DNA from: Mytilus trossulus
Taxonomy: Eukaryota
Length of the DNA: 64,000 bases
Assembly: GCF_036588685.1 (NCBI RefSeq)
Contig: NC_086376.1
Coordinates: 94,715,630-94,779,629 of the forward strand
Direction: 5' to 3'
Shown: positions 39,687 through 52,400 of the stretch, piece after piece
Position numbering within the stretch: position 1 is the first letter of the stretch
Layout: each line of letters opens with the position of its first letter
Notes under the pieces: model-generated
What the model was told of the DNA's origin: nothing
Database searches by the model: none
What the model saw: only the letters and a program-made list of their open reading frames with translations
Program-made: the position numbers and the translations under genes

Positions 39687-41765
39687 TTTAAGTATACATT
39701 TTAGATTATATAACATGTACATAGATGTTATTTATAAAGATAGATGTTATATAATTATTTAAAATGGGAGGTTTTTTTCTCATTTATGTTTTCCCCGACA
39801 AATGAGCCTGTAAAAAACGAGACCCCTTCGTTGCTTCCCCAGGCAGGATAGATGTAGGAGGATATGATTATATGTTAGGCGAGCAGATTTACATCTCGGC
39901 AGAAATAAAGGAGTGTTTGGAATATAAGACTATTTGATTTCCGGAGTCAGATCCGTTACATAATTCGTGGGCAACAACGCATTTAGTTTGAGTATTTTTT
40001 AACCACATTATAAAACGCAGTAACTACGTCATTCGATAAAAGTAAAATCACGAAAATACTAAACTCCGATGAAATTTCAAAAAGGAAAGTCCCTAATCAA
40101 ATGGCAATGACAAAAGCTCAAACACAAAACAATTTCCGATCAACAAATTTCAAATAATTTTCTATAATAAATGCATTGATGTCTTATCTTTTCGATAGCA
40201 TGTCAATAAAAAATAATAATACGTAGGGCCGATACATAGTGTGTTAACAAAAAGTGTGTCATATACTAATTTCACTGTGAAACATGAATTTGATCACTCA
40301 CAGATTAGCCAGATAGAAGAGCAGCAAGACCAAGATAAAAGCAATACAATAACTCAAAAGACGAATGTTGGAAAAAGCTCGTTTTATATCAAATGTGTAC
40401 AAAAAAGGAAACAAATGATTCGAAACAAAATTGTTATATCCACAATAACCAACAAAAAATGTATATGCGAAACAAAAATTCAATTATGCAAAAGTAATTA
40501 AGGTTTTCAAACTTTGGATTAACCTGATTAGTTTAGTATGTTATGTCTTTCAAAAAACAACGTAAGCGGAAGACACACTGTGTTATTATGTAAATGCTGT
40601 CACTATTCTGTCTTCAATACCATCAAATGACGTTAAAGAATTGATGACTTGTTTATTTTAAGGAACTAAATAGTCTATAGTACTACATTTTGCCTACACA
40701 AGCCTCTGCTGTTCTTTCATGTATTTTGATCTATTTATCTCTGGCAAACTAAATTTACATACGATCTTCTTTCTTAGACTCCATTTGACATTTAGCATTC
40801 AAAGATATAAGTCCAATTACGTTTAACTACTGTATGTTTTTTTAAAACTTGGACATCTTAATCTATTGATACAAAACTATTTCTATTAATGAATTAAAGT
40901 GTATAATTAATCTTAATACTGTTTTTAAAGAGTACGTTAGCATGTCGCCTAATCCAGTCGCGCTACATTTAGAGCCTCATTAAGTTGTCATTTGGATTGT
41001 TCACTAGTATTTAAAATAGTTTTACGAAGTTTGAACATCGATAATATACTCTTGCCCCTTATCTATATATATATTAATGAATCGGTCTTTAAACTTCTCT
41101 TTAATAATTGGTCTAGATAGTAATAAAATGTACCAGTTTTATAATTTAATACGCCAAGTTCGCGTTTTGTCTACATAGAACTCATCAGTGACGCTCAGAT
41201 CAAAATAGTTATAAAGCAAAAAAAATACAAAGTTGAAGAGCACTGAGGACCCAAAAGTTCACAAAGTTGAAGAGTCTACATCTGATCATCTAAAAACACA
41301 AGTAACAAAAGAAATTAAGAAATTGATATGCAGGTAGCATTGTTTAAAGCCCAACCAATAACTAGTTTTAATTACAATTTCTAACAATTACGGGAAACGT
41401 CATTTTGCTACCATTTCGACACAAATTAATAAATTATTCCAGATTGATTTCAGGTGTAAACACTTTGGTAAAACATTGTTTGTGTTACAAAACAACAATA
41501 CATTTTTGAGAAATCTTCTCTTTGTACAAGGTTTTCATCATTGATTTATCGATATGAAATGAAAACAAAACTGCATTTATATCGTGCGTTCGAAACGCAT
41601 TTTGGAAATTTAACTTCATCCGGAACGTTCAAACCCAAACTTTGAATGTCAAAGATGTATAAAATCGAACCAAGTGAAATACTATAGGACCAAAAGGAAC
41701 AAAAGGTATATCTAAACTCATCTACGATCTACACTGCCTGAGGCTATAATAATTGGAATTTGATG

Positions 41766-41869
41766 CGACTGTCATACAAGTGAGATGTTATAATAGCAAT
41801 AAAATCAGTTTTAATCCACCATTTTCTACATAGGAAAATGCCTGTACAAAGTCAGCAAAATGACAGTTG
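41766..41869 (+). ncRNA. Putative twister, subfamily B
   Basis: P5 CGACUGUCA/UGACAGUUG. GA-UGU(41784-88) pairs with ACA(41846-48). UAAUCC-AC. P3 CAUUUUCU/GGAAAAUG. P4 CCUG..CAGC (one mismatch). Confidence 0.65.
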
Positions 41870-41989
41870 TTATCCAATAGTTTAATGTGTTGAGCTTTTG
41901 ATTAGGGACTTTCCGTTTTGAATTTCCTCGGAGTTCAGTATCTTTATGACTTTGACTTTTTCTTACTTTATGAATTGAGAATATTAGAA

Positions 41990-42151
41990 TACTGTTAATT
42001 CATTAATATTCGTTGGATACCAATTTTCGTGGATTTCGTGGGTACAGGAGAACTACGATTTTGCTATTACCACGAAATTAAATATCCACGAAAAGACTTT
42101 TTTCTCAATCCACGAAAATTGGTACCCACGAAATTTAAAGGATCCACAGTA
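41990..42151. mobile_element. TA-flanked MITE (Tc1/mariner-like)
   Basis: Termini ta|ctgt ... acag|ta. Internal inverted ttcgtgg/ccacgaa repeats. Confidence 0.75.
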
Positions 42152-43599
42152 CTAAGTTGTATGTCCAACTAGTAGCGAAACACTGACCCTCTGAGTTGAT
42201 GTTATCCTTTAAGACAACCAGTCAAACAGCAGTGTTATCGATCTAGGTATCGTAACTAAAAATAATGCTCGACTAAATTTTTGCGTACAATATATTAAAA
42301 ATATGGTTGGAAGCCATTGCTGAAATAGCCAATAAGTATTATAATAGTTATCAAAAGTACCAGGATTATAATTAAGTACGCCATACGCGTGTTATAACAT
42401 GTCTTTCACGGAGAACACGTCATGAATAATGAATTTTACGACAAAATAATACCAAAACAACACTGGATTTTCTTATCTAAATGTGTTGCACTTTTTGCAT
42501 CAGAATTAGTCACACAAACGTTTTAAGCCTTTCTGACATTTCAGTTTATTAATTATACAATTATACCTTCGATCATTTCTTGGCATGTTTTCTTGATAAC
42601 AAACAAAAGCAGAATTATAATCTTTTATATCACAAACAATGACTAGATAATGTTTTGTAAGCTGCTCAGGAAAATTAGCTGATGTCACAAACTGTTAGAT
42701 TCATATCAATCGAGGTTATACTGTGCTGTTCAGTGCTGCTTCCTTTATATTGGCCCATTTCAGATTTTAGATTTTCTTTCAATGTAAAATATTTTTTAAC
42801 TTTTCTCTCCAATAATACATCCTTGCATATTACGATAAAAAAAAACGGAATCTGAAGTCCCCTATGATGTTGATAAAAAAAACAAATAACAAATGTTTAG
42901 AACGTCCCTGAATTAAATTAAAATTTTTAACTTCTTACAATATTCTCAACAAGATATGTTTTTATTTCTGTTTTGATTTTATTTATTTATTTATTCACAT
43001 ATTTTCAGAAGCTAACATACTTGGTGAATAATATAAGAAACTGTAAAAACCTTTTCTACTTTCGATATTAGACAAACATTTTTTTTGTTTCAATATTAGA
43101 CATCTTCACACCAAGATCTACAACAAATGTGAATATTTTACCTAATTCTTTAAAGGTGAATTTCACAAAATACTCGATATTCTTAAAGGAATACTAGCTA
43201 CAAGATCTTTAAAAAATCGAAATATGTTTTTGTATAGTGTTTATGAAAGTGGATTAATAAATCGGTATTAACATCCAGTATGGTTCAATTTGTTAAATAT
43301 AAGCTAACAAACATCAATGATAAAATATTCACTTGGAAGTGAATATTTCGACCTTATTTAATCTGTATTCATGTGACCTTTAATTTAACTCTTATATAAA
43401 GACGAATCAGTAGTCTTTGGAGGTCAACTCGATAGTTCATAACGTCTAGACTAACGTTACAATCAAAACTTTACGACAAAAGAGATGCTTTCAGCTTATG
43501 AACTTTAAATTTCTAAGAACTGTTTTGATGCATATACATACGCATCCATGCTCTCTGTTGTTACAATGTGATGTCCTCGGACAAACGTTATCAAATGTA

Positions 43600-43663
43600 C
43601 CAGGATTATAATTTAGAACGCCAGACGCGCGTTTCGTCTACATTGGACTCATCAGTGACGCTC
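43600..43663 (-). ncRNA. Hammerhead ribozyme motif (type I, minimal)
   Basis: CUGAUGA-GUC caaugua GAC-GAAA-CGC gcgucug GCG-UU. Damaged relatives at 41150-41188 (-), 19170-19208 (-), 12775-12806 (-), 44497-44535 (+) and 59322-59362 (+). Confidence 0.75.
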
Positions 43664-43977
43664 ATATCAAAATATTATAAAGCCAAACAAGTACAAAGTT
43701 GAAGAGTATTGAGGATCCAAATTATATTACTAAAGGCAGCTTGGCTTATAAATACGAAAGCACGTCCAGTAAGATTATAAATATCGTAACTGCATTTTCT
43801 GTTGGATTTCAAGTAAAAATCATTCAAAAAATTTGAAAATACGCAGTATGTTTTATTTATTATTTTATTGTTAATGTTTGTCTTTTGTAGATGTCTAACA
43901 AATTCTTGAGTGTTTTTGTATCCAGGATCAATGAGGTAAAAATGTTTTTATTTTATGACAGTGGTTTATATTTTTAC

Positions 43978-44147
43978 ATAAGATTATTGTTAATGGTGTT
44001 TTTTTTATAATTTAAAACATGCAGTACTTTGTTTATAACACATATTGTATGAAATCATTGATATAAGATTATTGTTAATGGTGTTTTTTTATAATTTAAA
44101 ACATGCAGTACTTTGTTTATAACACATATTGTATGAAATCATTGATA
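43978..44147. repeat. ~85-bp tandem duplication abutting the retrozyme array
   Basis: ataagattattgttaatggtg...gaaatcattgat present twice. Confidence 0.9.
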
Positions 44148-44152
44148 CACGT

Positions 44153-46140
44153 TGTATCTCCCTCATGCAAAGTTCTGATTCCTTTTACGAATTTGACTAT
44201 ACTTTTTGGACCCTTTGGATTATAGCTCTTCATCTTTTATATAAGCTTTGGATTTCAAATATTTTGGCCACGAGCATCACTGAAGAGACATATTTTGTCG
44301 AAATGCGCGTCTGGTGCAAGAAAATTGGTACCGTTGATTTTATTATTATTATTTATTATTTTATTGTTTGCAATAGTGTGAATTATTTTATATAATATGA
44401 ATGTTCTTATCCTGGGCATACAAACAATGCCGTATTTGGCAAAACTTTTTCAACTTTTGATCTTCAGTGCTGTACAATTTTGTATTGTTTTCGTCACTGG
44501 TGAGTCTCGTGTGGACTAGACGCGTTTTTGGCGTATTGAATTTTAAACCTGATGCTTTTTGTTATCTATTAATCATGCTTTTATGTCTTATATGTTCTGC
44601 TTTTTATTTGTATTGTAGTCCTGTAATATTTTGTTTTCATTTCAATGTTATATTTAACTGTGCCATTAAAGTGCGAGGTTTGGCATGCCTTAAAACCAGG
44701 TTCAACCCACCACTTTTATTCCCCTTTAAAAGTGTCCTGTACCAAGTCAGGAAGATGGTCATTGTTATAATATTGTTCGTTTCTGTGTGTGTGTTGCATT
44801 TTAACGTTGGGTCCTTTCTGTTTTCTCTTGTTTTTGAGATAAGACGTGGCACGGTACTTGTCTATCCCATATTTATGTATTTGGTTTTGATTTTATATTT
44901 GTTATTCTCGTGGTGTATTGTCTGTTGCTTGGTCCGTTTCTGTGTGCTGTTGCGTTTCGGTGTTGTGTCGTTGTTCTCCTCTTATATTTAATGCGTTTCC
45001 CTCGGTTTTGGTTTGTTGCCCCGATTTTGTTTTTTGTCCATGGATTTATGAGTTTTGAACAGCGGTATACTACTGTTGCCTTTATTTATTACTACCACTG
45101 GGTCGATGCGTCTGCTGGTGGACTATTAGTCCCCGAGGGTATCACCAGCCCAGTAGCCAGTACTTCGGTACTGGCATGAAAATACGGATTTTTTGTGTTA
45201 TTAAAATTTGCTGTAACAAAATATTAGAAATTATTATAAATTAAGGAATGTATCTCCCTCATGCAAAGCTCTGATTCCTTTTACGAATTTGACTATACTT
45301 TTTGGACCCTTTGGATTATAGCTCTTCATCTTTTATATAAGCTTTGGATTTCAAATATTTTGGCCACGAGCATCACTGAAGAGACATATTTTGTCGAAAT
45401 GCGCATCTGGTGCAAGAAAATTGGTACCGTTGATTTTATTACTACCACTGGGTCGATGCCTCTGCTGGTGGACTATTAGTCCCCGAGGGTATCACCAGCC
45501 CAGTAGCCAGTACTTCGGTACTGGCATGAAAATACGGATTTTTTGTGTTATTAAAATTTGCTGTTACAAAATATTAGAAATTATTAAAAATTAAGGAATG
45601 TATCTCCCTCATGGAAAGCTCTGATTCCTTTTACGAATTTGACTATACTTTTTGGACCCTTTGGATTAGAGCTCTTCATCTTTTATATAAGCTTTGGATT
45701 TCAAATATTTTGGCCACGAGCATCACTGAAGAGACATATTTTGTCGAAATGCGCGTCTGGTGCAAGAAAATTGGTACCGTTGATTTTATTACTACCACTG
45801 GGTCGATGCCTCTGCTGGTGGACTTTTAGTCCCCGAGGGTATCACCAGCCCAGTAGCCAGTACTTCGGTACTGGCATGAAAATACGGATTTTTTGTGTTA
45901 TTAAAATTTGCTGTTACAAAATATTAGAAATTATTATAAATTAAGGAATGTATCTCCCTCATGCAAAGCTCTGATTCCTTTTACGAATTTGACTATACTT
46001 TTTGGACCCTTTGGATTATAGCTCTTCATCTTTTATATAAGCTTTGGATTTCAAATATTTTGGCCACGAGCATCACTGAAGAGACATATTTTGTCGAAAT
46101 GCGCATCTGGTGCAAGAAAATTAGTACCGTTGATTTTATT
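44153..46140 (+). mobile_element. Tandem array of 350-bp hammerhead-containing repeats (non-LTR retrozyme), interrupted by a ~745-bp insertion
   Basis: Unit markers at 44153, 45249, 45599 and 45949 (period 350). Each unit has CUGAAGA-GACA/UGUC-GAAA-UGC gcRucug GUG-CA at 44280, 45376, 45726 and 46076. Retrozymes of about this size are known from mussels. Confidence 0.85.
44661..44761 (+). ncRNA. Putative twister, subfamily E
   Basis: GA-GGU(44675-79) pairs with ACC(44741-43). CAACCC-AC pairs with GU(44746-47). P3 CACUUUUA/UAAAAGUG. P4 CCUG/CAGG-A. P5 CCAU/AUGG. P2 is weak. Confidence 0.65.
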
Positions 46141-47999
46141 GAAGATGTATTTGAAGACAACGTTTCTTTGATTATTTGCAAATGAATAAATTTTACTAAA
46201 AGCAGTACACTGGTCTATTTGAAATGCAATATGACACTTTTGCTCCCAAATCACACTTCTATAATCCATCCAATAAATAACTATTGTGTTTGTCCATATT
46301 TTGTAATGACGCAGTGAATTGACGTACCTCAAAAAGCAAAATAATGCTTTCAATGGTTAGAAAAAGGGGACTGATATCCATTATGTTCTTAATGTTATGT
46401 AAAATGACTTTGTCTTACTAAGATGTTATGCAAACACTTTGTAATTTGATCCATACTTATAACAGAGATCTGTAATTGGAACTTTTGAATAAATCATGAG
46501 ATCAGCAGGACAGAATGATAAACTTTTGATAGCCGCTGACAAAACAAAACTCCAACTGCACCAAAACATGCATTGCATTCAGAAACCAAAGAAACCAATC
46601 AAGAGAGACAAGAACGATTATGGAAAATTTGTAAACGAAATATATAACTGAGTATTTGGATATTATAAGCTCCAAACAAAAGCTGAGATTGATTTAAGTT
46701 CGTCCGGAAGACTAAAGGATGCATGTTCACATATGTCACCTAACCAATTATATTACGGTAAAAGCTAATAAAATGTAAAATGAGGGTTCATTTTTTACTT
46801 TTGTACAGGGAAGTGACGCAGTTCGTTATATATAATAAAGATCATTCATTATACAAACCACATAGTTTGCTAATTTTTTTTTGGCTAAGATTTCCAAAAA
46901 AAAGAATTATATGTACGTATGAAATTGTATTCTAGAATGATTCCTGATGTCCAATTTTAGACCTAACTATGGTTTTAAAAACACATTAAATTATAAATCA
47001 CCGTTTTGGTATACTTCTAATCAAAGGTACCAGGATTGTAATTTAGTACGCCAGACGCGGGTTAAGACCAGACATGTGAGGCTAAATTTTTAAATATTAC
47101 GAGGCAGCAATGGTAAATTTATCAAAGGAGAATTTACGAAATACTTTTTTATAAATCAATGCAGTAGCGAAGCACATAATTATTGGTTGTGGTTATACCC
47201 TCTGAAACTATCATTTCACCATATGTGGTATCGACCAAGTGCTTGTAAAAGAAAGTAACACTTGATTAATGTCCAGCGTTCGACATAAACATATGCCATT
47301 CTTAATTGATTTCCTGTTTGAAGAAATATTGGTCAGCAAGCATTTCCTAAATAGCCTTCTAATATATATATATATAAATCCCGTACTTTCAATCAATGAC
47401 AAACACGTCTTGAATTAATTCGCTGGTGACCAAATAAAGTAAATTTGATACCTATTGAACACCAAATCACCTTCTTTTAAATGTATTGCTTTGTTTACGT
47501 CAGTATTTATCTCAAAATGTTCAAGCGAGGCCTTGACATATTTTCTAGATTATAATCAAACTTTAAATATAATAAGTTAAATTCTAATTCGTAAACTCAA
47601 ACGAACATAAAATATTTATCAAATAACCACAAACTCTTACATGGGAGACGCCACTTGCAGAGACAAGTGCTCTCGAAACACAAAGAACGGGAAAATAGCA
47701 TTGAATATTTATCTAATTTTTGAATTTCTATGAACAGATAACTGACTGTGCGGGAACGTCTTCTCTAACGTAACCATCGTTTTTTCTGGTCTGTTTTAAC
47801 CCGTTATGTTTCAGAAAAGATCTTATCAGAAGTACAGGTGTTAGCACTGGCTCTTGTATACGAGAGACGAAACCTATGAACATTTGACTACTTGTTGAAA
47901 GCTATTCTAACTAGATATCAATCAAGGTGTATAGCAGCATCTTTAATATAACTATTCAAAGAAATTAATTTTGTTAAATAATATACCAATATACATGTC

Positions 48000-50900
48000 T
48001 GAAATTCAGCCTTATAGCTTCAATAACAATCAGTATTGTCTAAACATTCGGACTAGTGACTTAAATAATAATATGCTAATTAAGTTACTTAAATAATAAA
48101 CAGCCTAGTTGCTTCATCAAAAGCCACATGCTTAGTGTCTTCAACAACAACCAGCCAAGTGCCGTTAATTAAAACTTGTCCAGTGTTTTCAATTATAAAC
48201 AGCCTAGTATCTTTAACAACCAGCCGAGAATTTGAACAACCAGCTCAGTGTCTTCAATAACTAAACAACCTGTCCAAAGTATTCAACAACAGTCAGCAGT
48301 GTCTTCAATAACAACATACAGAGTCTTCATCAACAACCTGCCATGTGTCTTCAACGAAAACCTACCCAGTGTTTTCAACATCGACATGCCGAGTGTCTTG
48401 AATAACTACCCGCCAAGTGTTTGTAATAACAACATGCCCAGTGGCTTTAACAACAACAAGCCAAGCCACTGCAAGTGTCATCAACATCAACCAGCCCATT
48501 GTCCTCAACACCAAGCCCAGTGTCTTCAACATCTATCAACTCAATGTCCTCAACAACAAGCTCGGTGTCTTCAACATCTATCAATCCAATGTCCTCAAAA
48601 CCAAGTCCAGTGTCTTCAACAACAACTACCCAATAGTCTGCAATAACTACAAGTCCAGTATCTTCAATAAAAACCTGGCCAATGGCGTCAATAACAACAT
48701 GTCGAGTGGCTTAAATAACTAACTATTAGCCTAGTAACTTTTATTACTAAATGCCGAGTGTATTCAACAACAACCCGTCAAGTGTCTTCAACAACATGCT
48801 GCCCACTGATGTCAATAAGAACATATAAAAAAGAAGACTGATGTGGTATGATTGACAAATGAGACAACTATCCACAAAACACCAAAATGACATAGTCATA
48901 AACATCTATAGGTCACCGTACTGCCTTCAACAATGAGCAAAGCCCATACCGCATAATCAGCTATAAAAGGCCCCGATAAGACAATGTAAAACAAATCAAA
49001 GGAGAAAACTAACGGCCTTATTTATGTAAAATAAATGAACCGTGCCCAATGTCTTCAAATACAACCGGCCCATTGGCTTTACAAACAACCTGTCCAGTGG
49101 CATTAATAACATGCCTGGTGTCTTAATATAACTATCAGCCTATATTTTAAAACGACATGACCAGTGGCTCAAATGACATCATGCCGATATGTAAAAATAA
49201 AAATATGTCCAGTTGCGTCAATAATAACATGTTCATTGGCTTAATTAACTATCAGCCCATTGGCTTTAACTACAATTTGCCAAGACTGAAGTTTCTTCAA
49301 TAACATAACGCCCGATGGCTTCAATTGTGGCGTCAACGACGACCTGCCCATGGGCGTCAATAAGAACAAGCCAAGTGTCTTCACCAACAGACTGCCCACT
49401 GGCTTCACACACAACCTCAAGCGGCTTCGATACCACTCCGCTCAGTTGCGTCTATAACAACCTACACAGTGGCGTCACATAACTATTAACCCATGGCTTT
49501 AATTACGAATTGCCGAGTGACTTCAACCGCCTCCTTTCCCTCGTCATTAATAATAATTTTCCCCCGTTGTGTCAATTACAACATGCTCAGTGGCGTAAAT
49601 ACTAACATGGCCAGTGGAGTCAATAATAACATGCCCAGTGGCTTAATTTAACAATCAGCATTGTGGTTTTATATATCAACTTGTCCAGTGTCTTCAATAA
49701 CAGCACGACCAGCTGCGTCAACAACAACCTGTCCATCGGCATCAATAACTACCAGTCCAGTGGATTCAACCATAATCAGCCAAGCGTCTTCATTAACAGC
49801 TTGCCAAGTGGTTTTACAAACAACCTGTCCAATGTTTTCAATACCAACCTGCCAAGTGGCGACTATAACAAACTAACAAACTGCCCAGTGACGTAACAAA
49901 CAACCTGTCCAGTTGCTTCAATACCAAATTGCCCCGTGGCGTCTAAAACAACAAACCAAGTGCGTCAATAACCACATGCCTAATGGATTAGCTTTTAGCC
50001 CATGGCTTGAATAACAACATGCCCAGTGGATTCAACAGTATCTTGCCCAGTGGCGTCAATGTCAACACGCCCAGTGGTGTCAATAATACCTCGCCGTGTG
50101 GCGTCAATAACATCACGCCCAGTGGCGTCAATACTACCTCGGTTAGTGTCGTCAATAATACCTCGCCCAGTGGCGTCAATAACAACACACCCAGTGGCGT
50201 CAATAACAACCTGCCCAGTGGCTTCAACAGCATCTTGCCCAGTGGCTTCAATGTCAGCCGGCCCAGTGGCCTCAATAACAACACGCCCAGTGGCGTCAAA
50301 AACAACCTGCCCAGTGGCTTCAAAATCATCTTGCCCAGTGGCTTCAACAGCATCTTGCCCAGTGGCTTCAATGTCAACCTGTCCAATGGCTTCAATAACA
50401 ACACGCCCAGTGGCGTCAATGTCAACACGCCCAGTGGCTTCAATAACAACTCACCCAGTGACTTCAATGTCAACCTGCCCATTGGCTTCAATAGCAACAC
50501 GCCCAGTGGCGTCAATAACAACACGTCCAGTGGCGTCAATGTCAACCTGCCCAGTGGCTTCAATAACAACATGCCCAGTGGCGTCAATAATAACTTGTCC
50601 CGTGGCGTCAATAACATCACGCCCAGTGGCTTTAATAACAACACACCCAGTGGCGTCAATGTCAACCTGTCCAGTGGCTTCAATGACAACACGCCCCGTG
50701 GCTTCAATGTCAACCTGCCCAGTGGCTTCAATAACAACACGCCCAGTGACTTCAATGTCAACATGCCCAATGGCTTCAATAGCAACACGCCCAATGGTGT
50801 CAATAACAACACGCCCTGTGGCGTCAATGTCAACCTGCCCAGTGGCTTCAATAACAACACGCCCAGTAGCGTCAATGTCAACCTGCCCAGTGGCTTCAAT

Positions 50901-51590
50901 AACAACACGCCCAGTGGCGTCAATAACAACTTGTCCCTTGGCGTCAATAACGTCACGCCCAGTGGCTTTAATGACAACACGCTCAGTGGCGTCAATGTCA
51001 ACCTGCCCAGTGGCTTCAATAACAACACGCCCAGTGGCGTCAATAACATCACGCCCAGTGGATTCAATGTCAACCTGCCCAGTGGCTTCAATAACAACAC
51101 GCCCAGTGGCTTCAATGTCAACCTGCCCAGTGGCTTCAATAACAACACGCCCAGTGGCGTCAATATCAACCTGTCCAGTGCCATCAATAACATCACGCCT
51201 AGTGGCATCAATAACAACACGCCAAGTTGCGTCAATAACAACACGCACAGTGGCGTCAATAATTTCTCGCTCAGCGGCGTCAATGACAACATACCCAGTG
51301 GCGTCATTAATAACACGCCAAGTTGCGTCAATAAAAACACTCCCAGTGACATCAATAACACATATATCTGTACAATGTCTTCAATAACAACACGAATAGT
51401 GGCCTCAATAAAACCCGCCCAGTAGTTTCAATGACAACAGTCCAGCGGTTTGAATAACAATAGCCAAGTTGCTAATATTACGACATGCCTAGTGGCTTCA
51501 CTTACAACTAACCCAGCGGCTCAAATAACAACCTGTCCAGTGGATTAAATTATTAATAGTCTAGTGCCTTAATATAACTATCAGTAGATT
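48000..51590. repeat. 24-bp minisatellite (cccagtggcttcaataacaacacg) with a homogeneous core at ~50010-51300 and decayed flanks
   Basis: Period 24 with four long open frames in the core. The left flank is interrupted by a dispersed repeat at ~48825-49040. Confidence 0.93.
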
Positions 51591-52244
51591 TAACTCAAAT
51601 ATGCTCAGCAATTAAGAAAAATAGTTACTCAAAAAGTAATAACTTAAAAGAAATGTACTAGTATCATTCCCAGTGGTAGATTATGCAACAATAATCAAAT
51701 TGAAACTCTTGGGTACTGTATAATAATATTTTAGTTAAAGCTCATGTTAACTCTATACTTTTTTAAATAGTTAGTACTCATTAAAAATCTGATGTATACT
51801 GAACTGGATACCATGAAAAGGAGAACTAAATTATATATTCCCAAACGTGTTGTTTAACTACATGTAGGTAAAAAATTATCCCCTTTTACAAATCCTTTCT
51901 CTGGATAAGCTTCTGAAACAAATTCCGCATTTTTATATAGTTCTTGATAAATATAACAGTTAAACTGGTTGAATCATAATAAACGGGATACAATAACCAT
52001 TATCAATCCTGTCTAAAACGAATGAATTTATATAATTTATCTTTCATATTATATATATATATGTTCTTCTCATTTCCCAAAACAGATCATGAAGAGGGAA
52101 TCTTTTTCATATTCAAATGGCATGTACTGAATTGTATCTAAATATAATTTTATATTCAATATGATGAAAAACTATACATTATGTAAACAATACTTATCAC
52201 CTTGATGTTTAACATGCTCGTGTTACTTGTTTTACTTGGTGCGT

Positions 52245-52400
52245 CAAGGTCCGTGTTGCAGCGGACCTAATCTTCTTCTCGTCATCGGAAACCTAAGCAA
52301 GCTCGTATGACAGGTATTCTTTAGCTGTATCCCTTCCTGCTGGTGACTTATCAGCAATCGTAATAAATTGTTCCGCTCAAGAAATTGTTCAAGGTTATGT
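52245..52400 (-). pseudogene. Degraded DIRS/Ngaro-type ORF1 (gag) fragment
   Basis: ITIADKSPAGRDTAKEYLSYELA*VSDDEKKIRSAATRTL resembles the LIKLADxS..GW..V.EY....LA.DSEDEKRIR.A motif recalled from invertebrate tyrosine-recombinase retroelement ORF1. Confidence 0.55.

Larger units (their letters stand above)
38258..40925. repeat. Diverged direct duplication ~38258-38660 vs ~40507-40925
   Basis: Shared ttaacctgatta, taagcggaagacacactgtgttattatgtaa and ctatagtactacattttgcctacac. Confidence 0.85.

Noticed and set aside
44129-46185. Repeated ~72-aa ORFs (MQSSDSFYEF...)
   Set aside because: By-product of the 350-bp retrozyme unit; no domain or splice support.
49988-51387. ORFs 49988-51361 (-), 50026-51387 (+) and 50451-51248 (-) as genes
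   Set aside because: They are alternative frames of the stop-poor 24-bp repeat.
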